Source: a virus (Duplodnaviria; Caudoviricetes). From it: DNA of 64,000 nucleotides. The stretch lies in IMG/VR virus record IMGVR_UViG_2684623126_000004; one strand, given 5' to 3'. Position 1 is the first letter of the stretch, and every line of letters starts with the position of its first letter. Both the position numbers and the translations under genes were made by a program. The notes beneath the pieces are model-generated. The model saw nothing but the letters and a program-made list of their open reading frames with translations. It did no database searches and had not been told where the DNA came from. Below, piece after piece: positions 52,393 to 59,443 of the stretch.

Positions 52393-53632
52393 GCAGCCCC
52401 CCATTGCTGGCAGCGAAAGCCGCGTTGAAGCCGGGGGCGCCCCGGAAGCGTTGCGCCGCCGCAATCAGGTATTCCCGGCACCGCTCCGTAACCAGCCAGC
52501 GCCGGTTATTCAGCTCGGCACCGCGCCCGGTCGTCGCCCATCCACCAAACGGATCCACGATCAGGTCGCCGACCTCGGACAGGAAACGGACGAAGTGCTC
52601 TGCCAGCTTGACCGGCATCAGCGCCGGATGGGCCGGCAGGTCGTGCCGCATCGCAAAGTCACGCGCGGGTTGCTGGTCTGGGTCGCGGTGTGGGACGGCC
52701 AGCACGTTGCGGGCGATAGCGCCCTCGGTCGGCGCGCTGAAACTGCCCTCGCGCACCGTGTAGGCTCCGCCGGCGTAACGGGCGTACTGCCGCACGCCAC
52801 CAGCGTCCATGAACCTGCGGTGCTTGTCGGTGTGCTCGCGCAGGCAGCGGCGATTGTCGGCAATCACCAGCTCCGGGTCATTGGTGAACCACAGCACATG
52901 CTCGTAGGCCGTGTTGTGATGCACGCGCTTGATCGAGGCCCATTGCACGGGGCCGGGCGGCTTCGTCGGGTTGTGCCAGACGAAACGCTCCATCAGATGC
53001 AGGCCCAGCTTGTCGTGCAGCGCCAGGGTCAGCCGTTCCAGGTAAAGCGAGCGCGCCGGGGATCCAGGCACGAAAATATCGTTACCAAGGTTCAGCACCA
53101 CGCTACCGCCGGGCCGCAAGTGCGCCACAATGGGCTCAAGAATCGGCAGCAGCCAGTCAATGTAGGCGGTTTGGTTGGCATTGCCGTAGGCGCGTTGTTT
53201 CGCCAGCGGGTACGGCGGCGAGGTAAAGGCCAGTGTGATTTGCTCGCCAAGTCCAGAGAACACATCCTCGGCATTCGCCCAGAGGGCGCAGCCAAGGTCG
53301 GTAGAGAACGCCAGCAGGATGGAGCGACGCGGTGCCGGCGTCAGCTCCTTCTTCGCATCACCGCTCAAGCGCCAGGTGCCACGATCAACCCGTTCCAGAA
53401 CACCAAGGTGCTTCAGGGTCTGTTGGTGCCAGCGCACCTTGCGCTCGAACAGGTTGTAGCTCTTGCCGGACTTGCCTACGGGTGCGCGCGCGTCAAGCGC
53501 CGCCTCGGGGATGTCGAGCTGTAGGGCAAGCTGCTGGAAAAGCTCGCGGTTCGTCAGGTGGTCACGGCCAACAAACGGCGCCAGCACGTCTTCGGCGGAA
53601 AGGCCCTTGATGTCATCCATCTGCGGCTTCAT
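52379..53632 (-). CDS. Beta-class N4-C/N6-A DNA methyltransferase with N-terminal winged-helix (Mrr_N-like) domain
   Basis: FTSPPY catalytic motif, HPALMP, IVDPFGGWATTG; N-terminal RKVRWHQQTLKHLGVLERVDRGTWRL. Confidence 0.88.
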   Translation of the reverse strand: MKPQMDDIKGLSAEDVLAPFVGRDHLTNRELFQQLALQLDIPEAALDARAPVGKSGKSYNLFERKVRWHQQTLKHLGVLERVDRGTWRLSGDAKKELTPAPRRSILLAFSTDLGCALWANAEDVFSGLGEQITLAFTSPPYPLAKQRAYGNANQTAYIDWLLPILEPIVAHLRPGGSVVLNLGNDIFVPGSPARSLYLERLTLALHDKLGLHLMERFVWHNPTKPPGPVQWASIKRVHHNTAYEHVLWFTNDPELVIADNRRCLREHTDKHRRFMDAGGVRQYARYAGGAYTVREGSFSAPTEGAIARNVLAVPHRDPDQQPARDFAMRHDLPAHPALMPVKLAEHFVRFLSEVGDLIVDPFGGWATTGRGAELNNRRWLVTERCREYLIAAAQRFRGAPGFNAAFAASNGGLHGGY

Positions 53633-54130
53633 TCAGCACCCCGCAATCGGATGAACGCGCCCGACAGGCCGCACGCGGCCAAGGCTTCGGCATTGGCCTT
53701 GCCAAAGGCGATCAGGACGGATGGGGCGCCCGAATTTCCGGCACGCCCCCCCCCCAGGAAGCCTGAACGACAGGCGCCCACGCAGGAACAGCATGGCGTC
53801 GGCCTTGGGCCAAACGTGGTCTTGGAAGACAGCGGTTTCGGTGCGCGCAAACACCAGGGCAATAGCGTTGCCGTGGGCGGCGCAGCGTTCCAGCCACAGG
53901 GCCGCGTGCGGGCCATAGGGCGGGTTGCACCAGACACGGCCAGCCCATTCGCGGGTCAGGCCGTCGTCGCGGATGGTGAATTGCTGGCGTGCCGTGCGCC
54001 ACGGCTGAAACTCGCTCGCGCAGGGGTCGAGGTCGAACTCGCCCAGCGTCGCCAGTAGTTCGGGCGGGGTCAGCCAGTCGTGTGTCGTGGCGGTCGAGCC
54101 GGATTCTCCGGTTTCAAACAGGACGTTCAA
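53629..54130 (-). pseudogene. Phage Dam-like N6-adenine methyltransferase frameshifted at a G10 tract (53746-53755)
   Basis: DWLTP, DLDPC, WCNPPY, ARTET, FLRGRL in first frame; conserved NSGAPSVLIAFG end in another frame; G9 joins them. Confidence 0.8.
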
Positions 54131-54519
54131 GCCTGGCCCTCCGCCTGTTTGCCGTTGCCGGGTGCATAGAGGCGTCCGCCGGCGGTTCCATGCCCGCGCA
54201 CGCGCGCGCAGGTTCCCGCCACGCGGATGTCTCCGTTGCGGATGGCCTTGGCGTAGATGGAACCGAAAGCCCGGTCGTCCTTGGGGCGGATGCCAGCGGC
54301 GCGCGCGGCAAGCGTCACCTGCTCGCCGGGCACGCTGCCCAGCGCGGCTGCCTGCTCGCGCACGTAGGCGACGATGAAGGCATAGGCCCGCTCGCCGAAG
54401 CTGGGGTCGGCGGACGTGGCCGCGTCGAAGGAAAGCTGCATCTGCTGCTCACCCAGGCGGCGCGCGGTGGCGGCGCGGCGGGCGTGCGAAGGATGTTGCA
54501 GGGTTTCGGTGTTCATCAT
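54127..54519 (-). CDS. Hypothetical phage protein
   Basis: 130 aa, coupled to MTase gene. Confidence 0.65.
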   Translation of the reverse strand: MMNTETLQHPSHARRAATARRLGEQQMQLSFDAATSADPSFGERAYAFIVAYVREQAAALGSVPGEQVTLAARAAGIRPKDDRAFGSIYAKAIRNGDIRVAGTCARVRGHGTAGGRLYAPGNGKQAEGQA

Positions 54520-54531
54520 GGCATCCAGCTC

Positions 54532-54729
54532 CTACACGTCGGTCGGCCCGATCTGGATGCGGCGCGCCGGCTGGGCCTGCTCGGCGGGTGCGTGGGATTC
54601 CGTGGCCGGCGTACTGACGAAGCGCGAACGCTCCGGGCGCGTGGCGCGGTAGGTGGTCTGGCTCATGCCATCGCGCACGGCCTGCTCGGGCTGCACGCCG
54701 TCAAGAACGGTGGTCGGGGCGCTGGTCAT
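54532..54729 (-). CDS. Hypothetical 65-aa protein
   Basis: Fits operon spacing after cII. Confidence 0.45.
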   Translation of the reverse strand: MTSAPTTVLDGVQPEQAVRDGMSQTTYRATRPERSRFVSTPATESHAPAEQAQPARRIQIGPTDV

Positions 54730-54731
54730 GG

Positions 54732-55190
54732 TCAGTTCCCCCGGATGGCCTGAAGAAGCTCTCCACTGGCCTTCATCAGCGCCAGCAGCAGCGGTTCCAG
54801 CGTGCGGCGCTCGTCGCCGTCGAAGCGGCCATCCATCGCGGCCTCGGATCCGGCGCCGAACAGCTCGGACGACGCCTTCACCAGGGACAGGAACAGCTTG
54901 ACGGCCTCGGCAGGCGGACGGGCTTCCAACTCGAAGTCCATAGGAACCTGCCCGACGAGGTGGGCCAGCGCGAAGATGGCGCGCTTGGCTTGGGCCACGA
55001 CGACGATTTCGAGGATGACGCTGAAGGACGGCGGCGGGGCCTCGTGGTCGGGGTTGATGCCGTTGGCGAGGGTGTTGCCGTTCATACCCATCGTTTCGGC
55101 GATGGCGCGGACGCCGCCGGGGTATTCCTTGGCGTCGGCCTGAAGGGCCAGAAACAGGGCGCGGTGAGCTTGTTTGATGGGGCGGCGCAT
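54732..55190 (-). CDS. cII: Phage regulatory protein, CII family
   Basis: YPGGVRAIAETMGMNGNTLANGINP; position after cro. Confidence 0.75.
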   Translation of the reverse strand: MRRPIKQAHRALFLALQADAKEYPGGVRAIAETMGMNGNTLANGINPDHEAPPPSFSVILEIVVVAQAKRAIFALAHLVGQVPMDFELEARPPAEAVKLFLSLVKASSELFGAGSEAAMDGRFDGDERRTLEPLLLALMKASGELLQAIRGN

Positions 55191-55270
55191 TGGCGAACGT
55201 CTCCTTTTTTTCGTCTAGTCCCGCGCTTGGCGGTGGTGGAAACTGGCTTCGTCGAAAGAAAGGAAACCCG

Positions 55271-55531
55271 TCATGCAGCAGCCTCGCTTCCAGTCGTCTC
55301 GTTATTTGCAGCAGCGCCAGAGCCGCGCAGGTAGGCCCAATCAACGTCAGGGCGCAGCTCTTCGCACGTCACGGCACCGCCCGTGGCCTTCTCGATGGCC
55401 GGGCAGCGTTCAGCGGGGATGGGCCGGGTGTTGTTCGCCCACTGGGAAATGAGCACGGGCGCAACTTCGAGCGCCCGCCCAAGGGCGGCAGCCCGTCCGC
55501 GTTGCTGATCGATGTAGGTTCGCAGGTTCAT
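55271..55531 (-). CDS. cro: Cro-like repressor (YdaS family)
   Basis: ISQWANNTRPIPAERCPAIEKATGGAVTCEELRPD; divergent from cI. Confidence 0.9.
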   Translation of the reverse strand: MNLRTYIDQQRGRAAALGRALEVAPVLISQWANNTRPIPAERCPAIEKATGGAVTCEELRPDVDWAYLRGSGAAANNETTGSEAAA

Positions 55532-55538
55532 GCTGCGA

Positions 55539-55603
55539 ATAATAGCACGGTGCTACACAAAAGCAATAGCACCGTGCGTCTTCCAATAATTAGCAGGGTG
55601 CTA
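55539..55603. promoter_or_regulatory. Immunity switch: three operators TAGCAC-N-GTGCTA (55543, 55567, 55591; 24-bp period) overlapping the cro promoter (TTGCTT-16-TATTAT, leaderless)
   Basis: Perfect palindrome at 55543-55555 and two variants; same motif at 57432 and 57456. Confidence 0.88.
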
Positions 55604-55616
55604 TGGAATAGAGGGT

Positions 55617-56063
55617 ATGAGAACAATAGAAGAGGTACGTCACGATTGGCTCTTGCGGCTGGTTGAAAAGCACGGCACGGTGGCCGACCTGAACGCCGCG
55701 CTGGGCCGCACGCGCACGGACGCAACCCTCACCCAAATCAAGAACAAAGCGCCCAATACCCGGACTGGGAAGGTCAGGAGCATGGGCAGCGACCTCGCGC
55801 GCGAAATCGAAGAAAAATTAGGGATGGAGCGCGGAACCCTCGATCACGAGCCGAAAGAAACTGCTCAAGTCGGTGATGCGCAAGGGCCTTGGACGGCCTA
55901 CGAGCGCGCGGACGAGGTGCGCCGAGAGCTGGTCAATGCCGTCCTCAACATCGGCAGCGCGCCGCCGTGGCTGGATCCGTCGGCAGTTAAGTTCCTCGTT
56001 GGAATGACGAAGGAAGCTGCCGACAGTTTCAGCGCCGAGAGAAAAAAGAAACCCGCCGCCTAA
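55617..56063 (+). CDS. cI: CI-like immunity repressor without S24 peptidase domain
   Basis: Divergent from cro; MGSDLAREIEEKLGMERGTLD motif; only 148 aa. Confidence 0.8.
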   Translation: MRTIEEVRHDWLLRLVEKHGTVADLNAALGRTRTDATLTQIKNKAPNTRTGKVRSMGSDLAREIEEKLGMERGTLDHEPKETAQVGDAQGPWTAYERADEVRRELVNAVLNIGSAPPWLDPSAVKFLVGMTKEAADSFSAERKKKPAA

Positions 56064-56075
56064 GCTGACGCTCGT

Positions 56076-56924
56076 ATGGTCGAGGGGAACGTAGTGCAAG
56101 AAAAAATCGAAGTCGCCACCGATGACATAGAAACCATCCTGCGCTTCATGCTGGGCTTCTATCACATCAACACGGGCGCCGCCGACGACCTGTTTAATAT
56201 CGAGCCGGCGCACCGCGAGCGCGTCGTGGAAACCGGCATGGCACGCACCGTCGCCCAGCTCGCCAAGCTGGGAATCCCGTGCATCGAAGGAAAGCTGCGC
56301 GGCGGCTCCCTGGTCTTCCTGGGCGACCCAGACCTTGAAGCACACAAGGCACTGTATGGGCCGGGCACCATCTGCGTGTTGGAGAAGCACATGGCCCAGC
56401 ACGATGAGCGCGCCCTGCTCGATGGGTTCGAGGCCAGGGTGAGGCTGGATGGCTCCGACACTTGGCTATGTGTCGGCATCAGCCCCACGGCAGCCTTTGA
56501 AGATGAAGATGAAGAGCCCGAAGAGGAAGAGCCGCCGATGCTCCCTCCGCCATCCACCATGCACGACATCAACCGCGTCGCAGTCATTGCGGCAAGTGCC
56601 GATGGCTTCGGTGTCGTAGCGCGAAACCGCGAGCTACGCGCCGACTTCGTGCGCCCTATTGCGCAGAGCGAGTTGCCTGAATCGGAAGAGTCCATCGTCC
56701 AGGCCATCGCGCAACAGGCCGTGACGTTCTGGGAGTTCGGTGTGGTGCCGATGCGCGCGAAGGAATTAAAATCGAGCGGAAAGAAGATCGCCGAGATTGC
56801 AGAAGCCCTTGGCATCACCAAGCAGCGCGCCGAACGCGCCGTGGGCATGGAAATGAAGCTCACGCTCATTGAGAAGATGGCAGAGTATCAGGCCAAGAAC
56901 GAACAGAAAGGAATCGCACCATGA
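56076..56924 (+). CDS. Hypothetical acidic protein with C-terminal HTH, co-transcribed with cI (alternative GTG start at 56094)
   Basis: Same strand, 12 nt after cI stop; KKIAEIAEALGITKQRAERAV HTH. Confidence 0.75.
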   Translation: MVEGNVVQEKIEVATDDIETILRFMLGFYHINTGAADDLFNIEPAHRERVVETGMARTVAQLAKLGIPCIEGKLRGGSLVFLGDPDLEAHKALYGPGTICVLEKHMAQHDERALLDGFEARVRLDGSDTWLCVGISPTAAFEDEDEEPEEEEPPMLPPPSTMHDINRVAVIAASADGFGVVARNRELRADFVRPIAQSELPESEESIVQAIAQQAVTFWEFGVVPMRAKELKSSGKKIAEIAEALGITKQRAERAVGMEMKLTLIEKMAEYQAKNEQKGIAP

Positions 56925-57358
56925 CCATGCTTCGCACCGCGCTCCTTGCCGCCATGCTGCTGGCCGGCGTAGCGCAGGCCGCACCACCCGCGCTGTCCGA
57001 TCAGCAAATATCGACGATTGCCGGGATGATGTTCCAAGCCTACGCCGAGGGTGGCGTGCCCCAGATGTTCGCCGACGAAATGAAGTGCTGGGACGACGCA
57101 TCGAAGACCAAGCGCGCCGACAAAAACGTGGTGGCCGCCTGCGCCACAGCGGCAATGTCCGGCGGCCTGATCGAGGCATCATTTGCACGCAAGCAGCGGC
57201 GCGGCCCGAGTCCGCAGTACGCCGGCGACGCCATCCGCGCGCGCATATCCGACCTGTCCGGCTTGAATCCCGACGTGCTGCAATCCCTATCCGATGAAAC
57301 CCTGCGGCCAGGCGTACCCGCCATGCTGACCGGCCTACAGGGCGCCGGCATGAGATAG
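56921..57358 (+). CDS. Secreted/periplasmic protein with signal peptide and two Cys
   Basis: LLAAMLLAGVAQA signal peptide; ATGA overlap. Confidence 0.8.
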   Translation: MTMLRTALLAAMLLAGVAQAAPPALSDQQISTIAGMMFQAYAEGGVPQMFADEMKCWDDASKTKRADKNVVAACATAAMSGGLIEASFARKQRRGPSPQYAGDAIRARISDLSGLNPDVLQSLSDETLRPGVPAMLTGLQGAGMR

Positions 57359-57388
57359 CCGCCTCTCCCTCCCGCCCCCGCACCGCCC

Positions 57389-57420
57389 AGAAGCCCGGCC
57401 ATTTGGCCGGGTTTTCTTTT
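57389..57420 (+). terminator. Rho-independent terminator ending the cI operon
   Basis: CCCGGCCA-TT-TGGCCGGG followed by TTTTCTTTT. Confidence 0.85.
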
Positions 57421-57431
57421 GTCGAAAAATT

Positions 57432-57472
57432 TAGCACGGTGCTATTGACAATGAAAAGCACGGTGCTATCAT
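57432..57472 (+). promoter_or_regulatory. Early promoter (TTGACA-16-TGcTATCAT) with two operators (57432-57444, 57456-57468)
   Basis: Consensus -35, extended -10, operator palindromes matching the cro/cI region; third variant GAGCGCGGTGCTC at 57509. Confidence 0.9.
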
Positions 57473-57516
57473 TCGCCTTACTGAAGCGCGCAACAGCAGG
57501 CAAATGCAGAGCGCGG

Positions 57517-57903
57517 TGCTCCTTAAAAACTTGGTGGATGAACAGAGGCGAGGCCCCTTCGCAAGAGGCGCGGCGACAACCTCCTACCCCGTGGCGCGCA
57601 CGGTAGAAGCAAAAGTGCGCGAAACCCGAATCTCCCTGGGGGAGTGGCCCGTGGGGCTGCGTTGAAACCATAGGTTCGGTTTGCACGTTCGCTATTTGCG
57701 AACTGCGAACGCCCACCCGTCCGTGGCGCAGGTAACGACGGGCAGAAGTGAAGTCCCTGCAATCAGGCCCCGCGAAGTCGGGGCGAGCCGCCCGTGACAG
57801 CGGGCATAGCAGGGGCGCGGCGCGCGCACTACGTCGCATCAATGCCGCAACCGGCCAGGCCCAGCGTCTGGCCGGAGTGATGCCCTGGCAACAGGGCCAT
57901 CAC
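57517..57903 (+). ncRNA. Long hairpin-rich leader of the early operon starting with boxA-like TGCTCCTTAAAAA
   Basis: Several stems with GNRA-type loops; no convincing ORF. Confidence 0.4.
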
Positions 57904-57967
57904 CACCGCCGATTGCACCCAGTCGCCGGTGCTGATGCTCCCCTCAACCACAACCGAAAGGCCAACC

Positions 57968-58258
57968 ATGCAAATTGACGCCAGCCCCATCGCCATGAAG
58001 GCGGTCGAATCCTCGCGCATCGCCGAGATCGGCCACAACGCCGAAACCAACACCCTCGCCATCCGCTTCAAGCGGGCCGACGGCAGCCACGGCGCGCTGT
58101 ACCACTACGGCAATTTCAACGCCGAGGAATTCGCCACCTTCGACAGCGCCGAATCGCTGGGCACGCACTTCAGCCAGCACATCAAGAAGGAAACCGAGAA
58201 GCACCCGTACCTGCGCGTGGCCGAGCCGCCGGCGAACGCCGAGGCCGCCACCGCGTAA
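57968..58258 (+). CDS. KTSC-domain protein
   Basis: VESSRIAEIGH...LAIRF...LYHY...F..AESLGTHF..HIK. Confidence 0.88.
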   Translation: MQIDASPIAMKAVESSRIAEIGHNAETNTLAIRFKRADGSHGALYHYGNFNAEEFATFDSAESLGTHFSQHIKKETEKHPYLRVAEPPANAEAATA

Positions 58259-58261
58259 TCC

Positions 58262-58468
58262 ATGCCCGCGCCGCCGCGCGATAGGCGGAGGGACGACGCC
58301 AACAGTCGCACCCCGGTGAAAGGCCGGGGCCATCAAGAGGCGCCCTGGGCAAATCCAGCGCCGACCAACCCCAGAGCGAAGCACCCACGGGCAAGTTGGA
58401 GCCCGTCTCCGGGGCGCCCCTTGATGGCGGTCGCATGACCGAATCCCCTACCCGTGAGGACGGGTAGG
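58262..58468 (+). ncRNA. Candidate structured ncRNA
   Basis: 16-bp long-range stem (58329-58345 with 58412-58428) plus flanking hairpins. Confidence 0.5.
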
Positions 58469-58577
58469 CGGCGGACGAGCCCCGATGACGCCTGCCAGCC
58501 AGGCCGAGAAAAGCGCGCTTGCAAATGGTGCAGGTAGCCCGACCGCCATCAGCATCATCAACCACCGGAGCAAAGCC

Positions 58578-58832
58578 ATGAACCGAAACCAGTACGAAGT
58601 TGCCCGTCGCGCGCGCGTCGAACGAGAGGTTCGCGCCAGCTCCGGCCCCGAAGACAGCGAAGCCGACATCCAAGAAATGATCGAGGACGCCATCGAAGAA
58701 GAGTTGCGCGCCGAGGCGCACGACCGCGAGGAAGACCTGGCGATGTTCGGCAGCCCAGAGGACACGCCCTGCATCCAGTCGGCGGACATCTGGGGCACGG
58801 GCGAAGGTCAGTACCACGGCTTCATCGGCTGA
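58578..58832 (+). CDS. Hypothetical acidic protein (84 aa)
   Basis: RBS GGAG, phage-like codon usage. Confidence 0.6.
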   Translation: MNRNQYEVARRARVEREVRASSGPEDSEADIQEMIEDAIEEELRAEAHDREEDLAMFGSPEDTPCIQSADIWGTGEGQYHGFIG

Positions 58833-58852
58833 CGCACCGCGAGGCACAGAAC

Positions 58853-59116
58853 ATGCGCATCAACATCTACAGCCAGGAACTGACGGACGAAGTGCTACGT
58901 GTCGAAAAGCCGAGCAACACCGGCGTCACGTATCACGCCGTCCAGTTCATCTTGCACAGCAGCGACAGGCTGCACCACCCGCCGCAGGACGACGACCGGA
59001 GCGCCGTGACGTTCTGGCTCCCCAAGTCGTCGGCACGCCGGGAACAGCTTGCAAAAGCCTTCGATGAAGCGGCGCGCATCGTGCGCACCGCGCCGCCCGA
59101 AACCGGGCTCGATTGA
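58853..59116 (+). CDS. Hypothetical protein (87 aa)
   Basis: RBS GAGG; protein-like composition. Confidence 0.7.
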   Translation: MRINIYSQELTDEVLRVEKPSNTGVTYHAVQFILHSSDRLHHPPQDDDRSAVTFWLPKSSARREQLAKAFDEAARIVRTAPPETGLD

Positions 59117-59122
59117 CCGAAT

Positions 59123-59198
59123 TGCGGCGTAGAGCAGTTGGCAGCTCGCCGGCTTCATAAGCCGGAGGTCGCTGGTTCGATTCCAGCCGCCGCTACCA
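59123..59198 (+). tRNA. tRNA-Met(CAT), initiator-like scaffold, encoded CCA
   Basis: Full cloverleaf; 1:72 mismatch (U:U), A11:U24, anticodon loop TTCATAA, TTCGATT T-loop. Confidence 0.93.
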
Positions 59199-59443
59199 CC
59201 TTCCGACCCCACTGACAGGCTGGACTGGGAATCAAACCGGGCGCATGTCTGTTCGACCAGCCGGAGGTCGTGGAAACCGGAACGAAAGCGGATGCTGGCC
59301 TGGGATTGCTTCGGCGGTCGTGCGCAGCCAGACGCAGCGAGTAGGACGCGAGCCTGAACGCGCACAGGCCCATGCCGGACATGGTGAAAGCCGGAATCCC
59401 GCTCCTGCCCATCAAGCACCCCATCAACGCAAAGGACATCAAC

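Noticed and set aside
58262-58468. Hammerhead ribozyme or P1/P4 c4 antisense RNA
   Set aside because: No CTGANGA core with matching GAAA stem; no c4 signature recognised
59250-59330. Second tRNA after tRNA-Met
   Set aside because: Shares a 12-nt segment but I could not fold a cloverleaf or find a T-loop and CCA
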